Assembly: GCA_003599535.1 (NCBI GenBank)
Contig: QZKQ01000131.1
Span: 22,612 to 86,611, forward strand
Direction: 5' to 3'
Origin: Candidatus Zixiibacteriota bacterium
GTDB lineage: Bacteria > Electryoneota > B3-LCP
Length of the DNA: 64,000 nucleotides
How positions within the stretch are numbered: the stretch's first letter is position 1; every line of letters starts with the position of its first letter. A program made the translations under genes and the position numbers. Under the pieces are notes generated by a model. That model ran no database searches and was not told the origin of the DNA. It was given only the letters and a program-made list of their open reading frames with translations. Positions 36,789 to 47,178 of the stretch are shown in pieces.

Positions 36789-37157
36789 CGGTAAGCTTTA
36801 AGCTGTAAGCTGTAAGCGAACAGGGCGGCCCGGTGGCCGCCCGCTTTTATGTTACGCGTAGGGGTGGGGTTTAGCTTGTAGGGCGGACTAAGCGGCGGAG
36901 CACCGGATCCAACTTTGTTCGATGGAATTGATCCGCCGCGCAGTCCGCCGTGTGTTTCCCCCCTCACCCAGCCCCTCCACTCGTGTCATTGCGAGCGAAG
37001 CGAAGCAATCTTCGCCCCTCGCCCACCCCTAAAGGAGTAGGCTACGGCTAAAATGCAAAAGCCCCGTAAACGGGGCTCATTAGATGCGAGATGCGAGAAA
37101 GGGGCGGCCACACCGGGCCGCCCCTACTAACGACTAACGACCAACGACTAACGACTA
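36789..37157. repeat. Structured intergenic element between convergent fcl and the SBBP gene: 7-mer tandem repeats at both ends, nested inverted repeats, several terminator hairpins
   Basis: (GTAAGCT)x4 at 36792-36819. Terminator GGGCGGCCCGGUGGCCGCCC+UUUUAU at ~36822-36850. Inverted repeat taggggtggg (36859-36868) / cccaccccta (37023-37032). Long hairpin 36882-36949. Minus-strand terminators at 37056-37076 and 37100-37124. (TAACGAC)x4 at 37127-37154. Confidence 0.6.
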
Positions 37158-38456
37158 TTTCAGCAGCACGATCTTCTGCACCTGCGACACCTCCCCCGCC
37201 GTCAGTCTCACCAAATACACCCCCGACGGCAGCCCCGTCCCATCGAAACTCACCTCGTGCGATCCCGCCGGGTACCATGCCTCCCCCTGTAGGGGCGGGC
37301 CGATGTGCCCGCCCCCGGGGCGACCACATAGGATCGCCCCTACATTCCGTCCTCCCGTGTCGAACACCTCCAGCCTCACATACCCCGCCGCCGGCAGGCC
37401 GAAGCGGAGGGTGGTCACCGGATTAAACGGATTGGGGTAAACGGACAGGGTGAACTCCTCGGCCACGACGAAGCGCCACGCAGTGGCCCTTGGTGGTGGC
37501 CCTCCAGGCTCGCCGGGGAAGGGGTCGCCCCAATTTTCATTGTTATAGACGAAGGCGCCGCTCCCGTCCGTGGCGGACTTGGTGAAGGTGAAGTAGCTGG
37601 AATCCCAGATGCTGCCGGATGCGTAGATCCCGGCATAGCCCACGTAGGTGTATTCCCCGGGAGGATTGGTTCCGGCCACGTTCTGGGCGCGGCCAAAGGT
37701 GAGGTCGGCGCCAACAGGCACATTGGTCAGGCGGAAGGGCCCCAGAATCCCTATCCAGTTCCCGTCGGGGGAATACCAGCCGCTCCACACCTGGAATTCT
37801 TGAGTCAGGCCGGAGAGGTTCTGAATCCGGACTTGGTAATCGAAGCTGCCGCCGGTGGCGGGGATGACGAGGGGCGGGTTCACGGGCGTCAGGGTGGTCT
37901 CCAGGGGTTGCCCCCCAGCCTCGGTCTTGATCAGGTAAACATCCCAACTACCTGCGCCGCAGGACCACGTCTCTCCAGCGATGACGTACCCACCGTCCGC
38001 CGTCTGTTGCACGCTGCGACCAAAATCACCACTGCTCCCGCCGAATGCCTGCTGCCAAAGCGGGTTGCCGGAGGCGTCGGTCTTGACCAGGTAAACATTA
38101 TAACTGCCAGCGCCGTAGGGCCATGTCTCTCCGGCGATGACATACCCGCCGTCCGTGGTCTGCTGCACGCTGTAACCATAATCATAATAGCTCCCGCCGA
38201 AGGTGCGCTGCCAGACCGGGTTTCCCTCCGCGTCGGTCTTGACCAGGTAAACGTCATGGTAGCCTAAGCCGAAGGACCAGGTGTATCCGGCGATGATGTA
38301 CCCGCCGTCCGTAGTCTGCTCCACGCTGGAACCATAATCATAACTGCTCCCGCCGAAGGTGCGCGTCCAGAGCGTATCGGGCGGCTGGGCGCCGGCCCCC
38401 GCAGCCAGCCCCAGCCCTCCCACCGCCAGCAGACTGATCCATAATGATTTCTTCAC
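37155..38456 (-). CDS. Secreted protein with three SBBP-type beta-propeller repeats and a T9SS C-terminal domain
   Basis: Signal peptide. Three ~48-aa repeats of FGGSSYDYGxSVQQTxDGGYxIAGETW ... DVYLVKTD. C-terminus YPNPFNPVTTLRF ... GVYLVRLTAGEVSQVQKIVLLK. Confidence 0.75.
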   Translation of the reverse strand: MKKSLWISLLAVGGLGLAAGAGAQPPDTLWTRTFGGSSYDYGSSVEQTTDGGYIIAGYTWSFGLGYHDVYLVKTDAEGNPVWQRTFGGSYYDYGYSVQQTTDGGYVIAGETWPYGAGSYNVYLVKTDASGNPLWQQAFGGSSGDFGRSVQQTADGGYVIAGETWSCGAGSWDVYLIKTEAGGQPLETTLTPVNPPLVIPATGGSFDYQVRIQNLSGLTQEFQVWSGWYSPDGNWIGILGPFRLTNVPVGADLTFGRAQNVAGTNPPGEYTYVGYAGIYASGSIWDSSYFTFTKSATDGSGAFVYNNENWGDPFPGEPGGPPPRATAWRFVVAEEFTLSVYPNPFNPVTTLRFGLPAAGYVRLEVFDTGGRNVGAILCGRPGGGHIGPPLQGEAWYPAGSHEVSFDGTGLPSGVYLVRLTAGEVSQVQKIVLLK

Positions 38457-38697
38457 GACGACCTCATGGGAATAGGATGATGAATCTTCCGAGTTCCAGC
38501 GATGCCATCAATATAGAGGTTTCCGCCGGAAAAATCCAGTGCAATTTTTTGCATTTCATGACGACCGGTCAACCGCCTGCTGTAAGCTGAGTGTTGACTG
38601 CTGAATGCTGAGAGCTTACTTTTCGCTTTTCTTTCCGCCAATTTTTTCGTACATTATGATCTTGCCGTCACATCCATATTGCAGGCCGAACCGAACC

Positions 38698-39174
38698 ATG
38701 AAGCTCACCGACCTTTGCCGCGAAGACCGCGTGTTGATCCCTCTCCTGGCCCAGACCCGGGACGAGGTGCTAAGCGAGATGGTGCAGCCGCTGCAGCGCC
38801 AGGGCGCCATCGCCGATCCGGAGGAAATTCTGGCCTTGCTGCAGGATCGCGAGCGGCAGTTGACCACCGCCATCGGCAACGGAGTGGCCATCCCTCACAC
38901 CCGCCCCCTGGAGGTGCCCGAACCGCTGCTGGTCATCGGCCGCACCGCCCGGCCGGTGGACTTTCAGGCCCTGGACGGCCAGCCGGTGCGCCTGGTCTTC
39001 CTGCTCATCACTCCCAAGGGCAACATCAGTCTGCATTTGAAACTGCTCTCCCGAGTCAGCCGTTTAATGAATGACGAGGCCCTGCGCCGGCAACTGCTGG
39101 AGGCCCGCAACGCCGCCGAAGTCTTAGCCCACCTGCGCGCGGCGGAAGCGGATTACTTTGACTTGACGCCATAG
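38698..39174 (+). CDS. ptsN: PTS EIIA-Fru/Ntr-type regulatory protein (PtsN-like)
   Basis: GNGVAIPHTR phosphorylation-site motif. LDGQPVRLVFLLITP ... HLKLLSRVSRL. Start taken at the ATG at 38698. Confidence 0.75.
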   Translation: MKLTDLCREDRVLIPLLAQTRDEVLSEMVQPLQRQGAIADPEEILALLQDRERQLTTAIGNGVAIPHTRPLEVPEPLLVIGRTARPVDFQALDGQPVRLVFLLITPKGNISLHLKLLSRVSRLMNDEALRRQLLEARNAAEVLAHLRAAEADYFDLTP

Positions 39175-39565
39175 GGATCACCGGCCACCCTGCTTACCCT
39201 CGAATAAATTCGGGGGCTCTCCTGATAAAACAAAGTCTCTAAAGAGACTGTCTGGTACACTGACCGGGCAGTCTCTTCAGAGACTTCATCGCGTAAAAGA
39301 GCGCACCCGATCGTCGGCTGATGGATATGGGCGCGGGTGATTTCCCCATTTCTGGAAGGGCACGGACGGCAGAAAGATCGGCGGGAGAGATGTTCGCGTC
39401 AGGTCACGCCGCTGCAGTACCGAAGCAAGCATCCGTCCACCCCTGCCGAAGGGATCTCACTCCTGCGGCTAAGACCTGACGCAACGCGCATGGAGCACCC
39501 GCTTCAGCGGGTAGCATGATAGTAGCCCAGGAATTCATTCCTGGGAAAAAAGGGTCCAGAATCCC

Positions 39566-40936
39566 ATGTTCATCGACTCCCACGCCCACCTGGATTTCCC
39601 TGAACTGAAGCCCCACCTGGACGCGGTCCTGGCCAACGCCCGCATGGCCGGCGTCACCCACATCCTGACGGTGGGCATTGACGGCGCCACCAACCAGGCG
39701 GCGTACGATATCGCCCGGGCGCACGAAAGCGTGTACGCCTCGGCGGGGTGGCACCCCCACGACGTCTCCAGGGCCGACGCCGGGCTGGAACGCCACCTGG
39801 AAGATTTCCTGTCGCGCCCCAAGGTCGTGGCCCTGGGCGAAGCGGGGCTGGACTACTACCGCGACCTCTCCCCGCGGGACACCCAGCGGGAAGTCTTCGC
39901 CCGCATTGTCCGGCTGGCCCGGCGGCTGGACCGGCCGCTGATCGTCCACTGCCGCGACGCCTTCCCCGACACGTTTGAGATCCTGCATCGCGAGGGCGAA
40001 GGGCAGGTCAAGGGGGTGTTCCACTGCTTTTCCGGCGGGCCGGACGAGCTGCGCAAAGCGCTGCACCTGGGCTTCTTCGTCTCGTTTACCGGCAACATCA
40101 CCTACAAGAACACGGCCCTCCTCCCCACCCTGCAGGCCGCTCCAGTGGACCGCCTGCTGCTGGAAACCGACTGCCCCTTCATGACCCCGCATCCGCACCG
40201 GGGCAAACGCAACGAACCGGCCTACGTGCCCCTGGTGGCGGCCAAAATTGCTGAAGTCAAGGGCCTGTCGGTGGAGGACGTGGCCCGCATTACCCGCTAC
40301 AACACCTGGCGGCTGTTCGGTATCGGCGAAGCCCCCGAGCAGCGGTTCGTCTATCCCATCCGCAATTCGCTCTACGTGGCCCTGACCTCCCGCTGCACCA
40401 ACGACTGCCGTTTCTGCCCCCGGCACGTGCATCCGGTGGTCAAGGGGCATTATATCGGCATGACGGAAGCCGAAGAGCCATCCCCCGACCAGGTCATCGC
40501 CGCGCTGTCGGACCTGGGGAATTACGACGAAGTGGTCTTCTGCGGGTTCGGCGAACCGACCATCCGCCTGGAAGAGTTGAAGCAGATTGCCCGGTGGGTA
40601 AAAGGACAGGGCAGGAAGGTGCGGCTGGACACCAACGGCCAGGCCAACCTGATCCACGGCCGGGACATCGTCCCCGAACTGGCGGGGTTGGTAGACGCCG
40701 TCTCCATCAGCTTGAACGAGCACCGCGCCGACCTGTACCAGGCCCTGGTGCACAGCGAGTTTGGGGAGGCCGCCTTTCAGGCGCTGCTGGATTTCGCCCG
40801 GCGGTGCGTGGAATTGCTGCCCGAAGTGACGCTGTCTGTGGTGTCGTATCCGGGAGTGGACCTGGAGGCGGCGCGGAAGGTGGCCGAAGGCACCGGGGCG
40901 AAGTTCCGGGTGCGGGAATACAACGAGGTTGGGTAA
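39566..40936 (+). CDS. Fusion protein: TatD-family metal-dependent hydrolase (N) plus TatD-associated radical SAM-like domain (C)
   Basis: MFIDSHAHLDF, GLDYYRD, ETDCPF (TatD). Then SRCTNDCRFCPRH (CxxxCxxC) and a ~190-aa partial radical-SAM fold. Confidence 0.7.
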   Translation: MFIDSHAHLDFPELKPHLDAVLANARMAGVTHILTVGIDGATNQAAYDIARAHESVYASAGWHPHDVSRADAGLERHLEDFLSRPKVVALGEAGLDYYRDLSPRDTQREVFARIVRLARRLDRPLIVHCRDAFPDTFEILHREGEGQVKGVFHCFSGGPDELRKALHLGFFVSFTGNITYKNTALLPTLQAAPVDRLLLETDCPFMTPHPHRGKRNEPAYVPLVAAKIAEVKGLSVEDVARITRYNTWRLFGIGEAPEQRFVYPIRNSLYVALTSRCTNDCRFCPRHVHPVVKGHYIGMTEAEEPSPDQVIAALSDLGNYDEVVFCGFGEPTIRLEELKQIARWVKGQGRKVRLDTNGQANLIHGRDIVPELAGLVDAVSISLNEHRADLYQALVHSEFGEAAFQALLDFARRCVELLPEVTLSVVSYPGVDLEAARKVAEGTGAKFRVREYNEVG

Positions 40937-40945
40937 AAAAAGAGG

Positions 40946-41152
40946 CGCCGGGGGTGGACCCGGCGCTTCTGCAGGGGTAGTGCTCTTCAGTACACGCCAT
41001 CAATCGTCAATATCGAGATCCTTTCTGTGGGAGGTGACGTTTTCCTGTCCTCTCTCTTATCGGAACTTCACAGTGAAACTTTAGCTTTCCTGCAAAATAT
41101 TTTTATCTCACCCGAAAAGCAAAGGGCGCGAGAATTCGCGCCCTTTGTTTGT
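40946..41152. terminator. Pair of bidirectional intrinsic terminators between the convergent TatD fusion and the cytochrome operon
   Basis: GCGCCGGGGGUGGACCCGGCGC (40952-40973), followed by UUCUGC on the plus strand and by U7 on the minus strand (plus-strand aaaaaaa at 40945-40951). AGGGCGCGAGAAUUCGCGCCCU (41120-41141) is flanked by U-rich tracts on both strands. Confidence 0.6.
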
Positions 41153-41168
41153 TTATGGGAATCAGAAG

Positions 41169-43217
41169 CTATTTCCGGCTGGCGGTCTGCTTTTCCGGGG
41201 CGGGTTGCAGCCGGTCTTCGACTTCTTCCAGCTTCTTCTGTAGCGTGGAGTAAATTTCTGTCGCGGCATCGTAGTTGTGCAGCGGTCCGGCTTCTTTCAG
41301 GATCTTGGCGCGGCGCTCGATCTCATCCAGGGCTTTGGCCTGATCCACAGTTTTGCGGCCGTTCTGCTGAGCGGATTCCAGCGTGGCACGCACTGATTCC
41401 AACTTCACCGCCAGGCGTTCCTGGAGTTGAGTCAATTCCTGGGACCACTGTGTCAACATGGCGGCGTAATCTCGGCTGTGACAGTCGGCGCATCGGTCGC
41501 CCACACCCTCCAGAGTCAGCGGCTTGGTGTGATCGTGGCAACCGTCGCAGGTAACCTCGGCCGCAGCCATGACATCGGGTCTCTCTTCCAGGCCCAGTTC
41601 ATGGCTGGCGCCGCGGTAGAGATCATCCTGCCGCCAGTGACAGGTGACGCAGGCGATAGGATAATCACCATGGTGGCATTCCTTACAGGATTGCCGCTCC
41701 ACGACTCCCAGGCGATGATTATCCGGTTCGTGGCAACTGGTACAGGGCTGCTCCAGATCCTGCGTGTGCATGGTATGAGGGAAAGCCATGCGTTCATAGG
41801 TCACTTCATCCGGCCGGGGAATGCGGGAATGGCACAGGGATTGGCAGTAACCGTCGGATTGCCCCAGGAGCTGGCCCAAGTCCATCTGTTCGCTTAAACC
41901 CAGGGCCGGGCGGGCGGCTTTCAGACGATCTCCGGATCGTTTCAGCAGGTCAATGGCGTAGAAAGGGTTATGCGTCAGCCGGCCGTCTTTTACGAAATCG
42001 TAATTATACCGTGCCTCTTCCACCGCCACGCGGGCTGTGGAAACGTCCCGGCCGCGTGCTTCCGCAGCGCGCAGGGCGCTTTCCGTTTGCCGCAGGTGCG
42101 GCTCCAGGGAGCTCAGCATCACCGGCGCCAGACGAATCCAGTCATCCAGCATCAGGTCATAGCCTGGACCATGGCACTTGAGACAGGATTCCCGCCGCGT
42201 CTTCATGGCCAGTGCTCCGAACTCCACCTCCCCAATGGCTTCACCCTTGCTGTGGCACCCGTCGCAGGAAACCTGCGCCAGAAACATCTTGGCCGGCTCA
42301 TCCGGAATGCCCTGGCCGCCGGCGCCGAAATATAACTGCTTTTCCGGCGTGTGCAGTTTGACGTGGCACACTTCACAGCGCACTTCCAGAGAACTGATCA
42401 ATCCGAACTTCCCGTGTTCGATCTGTCCATGGCAGCGGAAGCAATCGATATGCTCGCCGTTGACATGGACTTCGTGCACCAGTGGGAAGTCGCCAAAACT
42501 CTCCTGGCGCGATACGTGACAGGTGAAGCAGGCCTCCTGAGGCACGGCGGCGTCACCTTTCAGCACGTCCAGGTGGCATTCACTGCACTGCAAGCCAATA
42601 TCGACATACGACTGGTGGCTGAACTGGAAACCCTGGTGATCGACGGATTCCGTGGGATTGCCGTGACAATTCTGGCAGCCGCTCTGGGACTGACCCGGCT
42701 GGGTGCCTTTGAAATGGCACAGGAAGCAGGAACTGTGGTCGACCTGCAGGTAGGATCCCGGCACACGATGGTTATGGCAGGTGGTGCAATGCAGCTCCAC
42801 ACCTCGCATCGGCTTGGAAAGGTGAACGCTGTGATCGAACGAAATATCCCGTTCGAAGTGCGCTTCGGTGTCCAGAGTCTGGTTTTCGTGGCAGTTCAGA
42901 CAGGATTCGTCCTTTACCTCCGTGGTGGGCCGCCAATCGCGGGAAGTGACTACGTAATCCAGGGTCCAGTTGCTGAGCAGATGCCGCCGGTCCGGGTGGC
43001 AGGCCACGCAGGCCACGTCGCGGTGGTTGGAGTGCGCCCAAAGATTGTAGTAAGGACGCATGGTGTGGCAACTTATGCAGGTATCCGGGTCGCTGCTGAT
43101 GAAGTAATAGCCGATATTCAGGAGCAGGAACAGTCCCAGCAACGAGACGATGATCAGTAGAATTTGGCGGTAGTAGGTGGCCAACCCTCGGATGATCGCC
43201 CGCAGAAAATCCCTCAT
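41169..43217 (-). CDS. Membrane-anchored multiheme c-type cytochrome, about 17-18 haem sites: NapC/NirT/CymA-like N-terminus fused to a long polyheme extension
   Basis: N-terminal TM, then CISCH...CVACH (NapC-type). 17 CxxCH plus one CxxxCH motif in total (CLNCH, CTTCH, CFLCH, CQNCH, CSECH, CFTCH, CFRCH, CEVCH, CDGCH, CLKCH, CQSLCH, CTSCH, CKECH, CVTCH, CDGCH, CADCH). Confidence 0.8.
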   Translation of the reverse strand: MRDFLRAIIRGLATYYRQILLIIVSLLGLFLLLNIGYYFISSDPDTCISCHTMRPYYNLWAHSNHRDVACVACHPDRRHLLSNWTLDYVVTSRDWRPTTEVKDESCLNCHENQTLDTEAHFERDISFDHSVHLSKPMRGVELHCTTCHNHRVPGSYLQVDHSSCFLCHFKGTQPGQSQSGCQNCHGNPTESVDHQGFQFSHQSYVDIGLQCSECHLDVLKGDAAVPQEACFTCHVSRQESFGDFPLVHEVHVNGEHIDCFRCHGQIEHGKFGLISSLEVRCEVCHVKLHTPEKQLYFGAGGQGIPDEPAKMFLAQVSCDGCHSKGEAIGEVEFGALAMKTRRESCLKCHGPGYDLMLDDWIRLAPVMLSSLEPHLRQTESALRAAEARGRDVSTARVAVEEARYNYDFVKDGRLTHNPFYAIDLLKRSGDRLKAARPALGLSEQMDLGQLLGQSDGYCQSLCHSRIPRPDEVTYERMAFPHTMHTQDLEQPCTSCHEPDNHRLGVVERQSCKECHHGDYPIACVTCHWRQDDLYRGASHELGLEERPDVMAAAEVTCDGCHDHTKPLTLEGVGDRCADCHSRDYAAMLTQWSQELTQLQERLAVKLESVRATLESAQQNGRKTVDQAKALDEIERRAKILKEAGPLHNYDAATEIYSTLQKKLEEVEDRLQPAPEKQTASRK

Positions 43218-44173
43218 GAGCGCCCTCCCCGGGAGGCCTTCCGCTGGGATTGTCCGGAAGATTCCTGGTTTTTCCGTTGCATAATCTCCTCGTACTCCAG
43301 TGGATGCTCATCCAGCATCTCTTCCTTGGAGATCTTGCCGGTGATCCAGGTTTTAGACATGGGGAATTTGTGGGGGTTCAGGTGCACGTTGTAGAAGTGC
43401 CAAATGATGATGGCCAGAGTGGCCAGCAGGGCTTCATCGGAATGGGCTTCCTTGGCGATATCCAGGAAGAACTTGGGCAGGAACTGCATCGTGACGCTCT
43501 CAAACCAGAGCAGCGAGCCGGAGCCGATCATGATGATCATGCCCCAATATACCGCCCAGTAGTCGAACTTTTCGATGTAACTGAAGCGACCGAAGCGGGG
43601 CTTTTGATCGCTCTTGCCCAGGTAGTATTTCAGTTGCTGCACGTAATCCAGGGCGTCTTGAAGTTTCGGCAGGAGCAGAAGAAAATCGCGTCGGCCTGCC
43701 TTGGACAGGATCGTGTAAACTACGTGGAACACGCCTACAAACGCCAGCGCCGTGGCTGCGATGCGGTGGATGATAGCGGAGCTTTCAATGCCACCCAGCA
43801 GGTTAATGACGAAGTGGGAGAGGCCGGCTTCATGGAATTTCAGCGGCAGGCCGGTGATGATCAGGGCGATGATCGAGGTCAGCATGGTGACATGCTGTAA
43901 TCTCAGGTTCAGCGACAGGCGGACAAACTCTTCCGGCTCCTCTTTCGGCATTTTCACCGGCGGGGCAGGCTGGGGCACGGGGGCGGGACGTACCTGGGCC
44001 GCCAGGCGTTCGGCTTGCTGGTCGAGGTTCACGTCCAGCCCGGAAATCATCTCATCCAGGCGCGCGTCACTCAGTTCGCTGTCGGGAACCCCGCGAGCCT
44101 GCATCTTTTCGCGCAGAGCCCGGCGCAGGGCTTCCCGCAACACATGATCGGAGTTGGAATTGCTGGCAGTCAT
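43214..44173 (-). CDS. Di-heme b-type cytochrome membrane subunit (HyaC/FdnI-like, PF01292-type)
   Basis: About 4-5 TM with conserved His in helices ([28 protein letters not shown]). Start taken at MTASN (44173). The upstream ORF extension overlaps the preceding gene. Confidence 0.65.
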   Translation of the reverse strand: MTASNSNSDHVLREALRRALREKMQARGVPDSELSDARLDEMISGLDVNLDQQAERLAAQVRPAPVPQPAPPVKMPKEEPEEFVRLSLNLRLQHVTMLTSIIALIITGLPLKFHEAGLSHFVINLLGGIESSAIIHRIAATALAFVGVFHVVYTILSKAGRRDFLLLLPKLQDALDYVQQLKYYLGKSDQKPRFGRFSYIEKFDYWAVYWGMIIMIGSGSLLWFESVTMQFLPKFFLDIAKEAHSDEALLATLAIIIWHFYNVHLNPHKFPMSKTWITGKISKEEMLDEHPLEYEEIMQRKNQESSGQSQRKASRGGRS

Positions 44174-44193
44174 GCAGTGAAGGTTATTCCAGG

Positions 44194-45237
44194 TTAATGG
44201 TTGCCTTTTCGATGGCCCAGGAGGCGCTTGGACAGGTCCAGGATAATATTCCCGATCAACCCCACTAAGGTCAGGATGGTCAGCCACTTGAAAAAGCTGG
44301 CGACGTAGTAGATGATGCCCGCCTCGGGGCTCTTGGCGTTGACGTGGATCTTGCCTTTGGCCCAATTGGCGTTGGCCTGGGGGTGACACTTGCCGCAGGT
44401 TTTGGGGATGTTGGCCGGGTGCACCAACGATTCCGGGTCGGTGGGCGGCAGGATGTCATGAGCCCCATGGCAGGAGGCGCAGTTGGCGGCCGTGGTCGAA
44501 CCGAACTGGCTGGCGATGCCGTGAAAACTTTCCGTGTAAGATTCGACCTGTTCGGTGGTCAGTCCCGCGGGCCCCACGATGGTCTCGGCGGCATGGCAGT
44601 GCCCGCAGGTCTCGGGAATATTGGCGGAGAAAACCTGCGAGGAAGGAGCCAGAGGCGACGCGATGGTGTGCTCGCCATGACAATCCGTACAGGTAGGAGT
44701 GCTGTCATGCCCTTCCTTTAACAGCTTTCCGTGGATGGAGTGGGTGTAATGCGAGTAAATCTCCAGGTGACAGCGACCGCATAGATCCGGGATGTTCTGC
44801 CGGTGCAAGGGAGATTCGGCCGACTGCGGCGGATGGATATTATGGGCTCCGTGGCAGTTCTGACACAGGGGCGCCTTACGGTTGCCGGATCGAGCGGCTT
44901 GCCCGTGGACGCTCTCACGGTATTGGTCGTAAACGGGCAGTTCCGGGGCGCCGGCCAGGTTGCCGATGTAGTGACAGGAGGTGCAGTCTACCCGTTGCAA
45001 CCCGGGCTGGTGGGGGATTTCCACCACGTCGCGATGGCAGTCAGTGCATTCGTGGCGGGGATGGACGGATTGAGCCAGAGAATCCGGAGGCACATGCAGT
45101 GACACCCGCACGGAATCGGCTCCCACCACGTGAAAATTAGGCTTGGCATGGCAAATTTCGCATTTTTGCACCGGAGCGGCAAGCGCGACCGTCAGGCCAA
45201 TCGGGATCAGGGCAAAGCAGAGCAACCATCGTTTCAT
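44194..45237 (-). CDS. Periplasmic nine-haem c-type cytochrome with C-terminal TM anchor
   Basis: Signal peptide. 9 CxxCH (CEICH, CTDCH, CTSCH, CQNCH, CGRCH, CTDCH, CGHCH, CASCH, CGKCH). Repeated NIPxxCGxCH units. Hydrophobic C-terminus. Confidence 0.8.
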   Translation of the reverse strand: MKRWLLCFALIPIGLTVALAAPVQKCEICHAKPNFHVVGADSVRVSLHVPPDSLAQSVHPRHECTDCHRDVVEIPHQPGLQRVDCTSCHYIGNLAGAPELPVYDQYRESVHGQAARSGNRKAPLCQNCHGAHNIHPPQSAESPLHRQNIPDLCGRCHLEIYSHYTHSIHGKLLKEGHDSTPTCTDCHGEHTIASPLAPSSQVFSANIPETCGHCHAAETIVGPAGLTTEQVESYTESFHGIASQFGSTTAANCASCHGAHDILPPTDPESLVHPANIPKTCGKCHPQANANWAKGKIHVNAKSPEAGIIYYVASFFKWLTILTLVGLIGNIILDLSKRLLGHRKGNH

Positions 45238-45917
45238 GCCGCGTTCTCCCCTCCTGAGGACACGCGGCGGTACTCGGCCGGATGCTTCTCCTTTAACTCG
45301 TCCATGGTGATGCGCCCCGTGATCCAGCTCATGTTCATGGGGAAATTGCCCGGCGCCAGATGTACATTGTACAGGTGCCAGAACAGCAGGATGATGAAGA
45401 TCAGCAGCCCCTCATAGCCGTGAATGACCAGGGTTAAATCCACCAGCCACTTAGGTGCTATTGCCACGGCTTGAGGCCCCATCCACAGTATCAGACCGGT
45501 CACTGACAGGCTGATGACGCCCAGGATGACGCCGAAGTACTGCACTTTTTGAAAGTAGGTGAAGCGATCCCATTCCGGCGGGGCTGCGGTTTTGCCCAAG
45601 TCATACCGGAAGCTCTGGAATCCCTTGCCCAAGTCGCCCTTGCGGGGTAGCATCGCCTGAAAGAGCTCCTGGCCACGGCGGGAGATCAGGGTGTAGCCGT
45701 AATGGTAGATCGAAACCGCAATCAGGACCACTGCCGAAATGCGATGGATCAGGCCCCGGCCTTCCAGTCCCCCTTCCAGTTCGATCATGAACCGGCCCCA
45801 GTAGGTATCATGGTATCTCAGGGACAGCCCGGTCAAGGCCAGGGTAATCAGGCTAAGCGCCAGAATCACATGTTGGACGCGTTCCGACACGGTGAAGCGA
45901 AGCACTGTCGCGGGCAT
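45234..45917 (-). CDS. Di-heme b-type cytochrome membrane subunit, paralog (HyaC/FdnI-like)
   Basis: ERVQHVILALSLITLALTG (PF01292 TM1 pattern), HRISAVVLIAVSIYHYGY, WHLYNVHLAPGNFP. Start taken at MPATVL (45917). Confidence 0.65.
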   Translation of the reverse strand: MPATVLRFTVSERVQHVILALSLITLALTGLSLRYHDTYWGRFMIELEGGLEGRGLIHRISAVVLIAVSIYHYGYTLISRRGQELFQAMLPRKGDLGKGFQSFRYDLGKTAAPPEWDRFTYFQKVQYFGVILGVISLSVTGLILWMGPQAVAIAPKWLVDLTLVIHGYEGLLIFIILLFWHLYNVHLAPGNFPMNMSWITGRITMDELKEKHPAEYRRVSSGGENAA

Positions 45918-45918
45918 C

Positions 45919-47154
45919 CTACCGTCCCTTCCTTTCCCGGCGCCGGCGGGCGGAGCCGGTCTGCTCGATAACAATGTAAGCGACGAAGATAACCATTAGC
46001 CCGCCGATAAAGATGTAGTAGAACTGCCGCACTATGAATACTCCTGGGGAGTTTTCAAAGGTGGCCGCGACGTGCATCTTGCCCTCGGTAAATTTCTCAC
46101 CGGCATTGGGATGGCACCGGCCGCAGGTGTGGGCCAGATTGGCGGGATGGATGGTGGAAGCCGGATCGGAGGGTGGCAGCACCTTGTGGAATCCGTGGCA
46201 GGAGGCGCAGTTGGCTACCAGGGTGCGGCCGTAGTGGTTGGCCACGCCGTGATAGCTATCCTTGTATGTCGCGAAACGATCCGCGGACAGGCCGTACTTA
46301 TCGGTCAACTGCACATTGCCGTGGCACTTTCCGCAGGTTTCCGGGACGTTGGCGGGAGCTACCCGGGAAGAGGCCATATCCGGTGCTTCGATAGTGTGTT
46401 CGCCGTGACAGTCCGTGCAGACGGGGGAATCGGTCACCCCTTTGGCCAGCTCCTGTCCATGGATTGAGGTGCGGTAATCTTCGACAACCTGCGCATGGCA
46501 TTGGCCGCAGGTGTGGGGAATTTGCGGTTTGTGGACCGGCGAATCGGGATCATCGGCGGGCAGGATGTGATGGCTGCCGTGGCAGTCGACGCATTCCGCC
46601 ACGCTGGTCTGGCCTTCCTGCATCATGCGGCCGTGGACGCTCTTCTGGTAGGCTTTGACGATCACGCCGCTGCCGGCATGGACCTCCTGGTCGGCATGGC
46701 AGCTCAAGCAGGCAGCGTTGATATTGCGGCGATGGGTGCGGGAGGTGGGATCATCTGACGCCTTCACGCCGTGATAGCCGTGGCAGGCGACGCAGGCTGG
46801 GCCGGCGGGGCGGTCGGACCGCACCAGTTCGGCGTGTGACGACTGGGCCAATTCACGACCTTCCAGTGCATGGCAGGAGGCACAGTCTACGGGATTTTTT
46901 TCCGGGGGGTGCGGCCACTGGGTTACACGGGCCAGTTCGCGGTGGCAGAAGGTGCAGCCGATCTCCGCATGGACAGATTGACGATGGCTTTCCACGTCAA
47001 TAAAGAGGGAGATTTTGCCGCCGGAGGAGTCCGTTTTGGCAAGCTGGGGTTGGCCGTGACATTCCTGGCACTGACTATCCGGAGGCTGCGCGGAAGTCAT
47101 CAGGGGCAGAAACAACCATCCCAGCAGCAGGAGGGTTCTTGAGCCTGTGAGCAT
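45919..47154 (-). CDS. Periplasmic eleven-haem c-type cytochrome with C-terminal TM anchor (paralog of 44194-45237)
   Basis: Signal peptide. 11 CxxCH (CQECH, CTFCH, CASCH, CVACH, CLSCH, CVDCH, CGQCH, CTDCH, CGKCH, CASCH, CGRCH). Hydrophobic C-terminal helix. Confidence 0.8.
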   Translation of the reverse strand: MLTGSRTLLLLGWLFLPLMTSAQPPDSQCQECHGQPQLAKTDSSGGKISLFIDVESHRQSVHAEIGCTFCHRELARVTQWPHPPEKNPVDCASCHALEGRELAQSSHAELVRSDRPAGPACVACHGYHGVKASDDPTSRTHRRNINAACLSCHADQEVHAGSGVIVKAYQKSVHGRMMQEGQTSVAECVDCHGSHHILPADDPDSPVHKPQIPHTCGQCHAQVVEDYRTSIHGQELAKGVTDSPVCTDCHGEHTIEAPDMASSRVAPANVPETCGKCHGNVQLTDKYGLSADRFATYKDSYHGVANHYGRTLVANCASCHGFHKVLPPSDPASTIHPANLAHTCGRCHPNAGEKFTEGKMHVAATFENSPGVFIVRQFYYIFIGGLMVIFVAYIVIEQTGSARRRRERKGR

Positions 47155-47178
47155 GAAGGTCCGTTGTATTTGGCCAGA

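Noticed and set aside
36792-37154. 7-mer tandem repeats (GTAAGCT x4, TAACGAC x4) as a possible CRISPR or minisatellite
   Set aside because: Units are far too short and contiguous (no spacers), and there are only four copies. Recorded as simple tandem repeats flanking terminators.
39404-40753. 449-aa minus-strand ORF antisense to the TatD-rSAM fusion, and similar antisense ORFs over the cytochrome and glycogen genes
   Set aside because: No motifs. Composition typical of reverse-frame translation. The sense-strand genes have strong family signatures.
41027-41554. Plus-strand 175-aa ORF spanning the terminator region and the 3' end of the 17-18-heme cytochrome gene
   Set aside because: It crosses two terminator hairpins and is antisense to a strongly supported gene. 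No motifs.
44174-44389. 72-codon N-terminal extension of the first cytochrome b (ORF-track start at 44389)
   Set aside because: The extension overlaps the preceding cytochrome c gene end (44194) and is Gln/Arg/Pro-rich. The ATG at 44173 lies 21 nt after the upstream stop and precedes the first TM helix.
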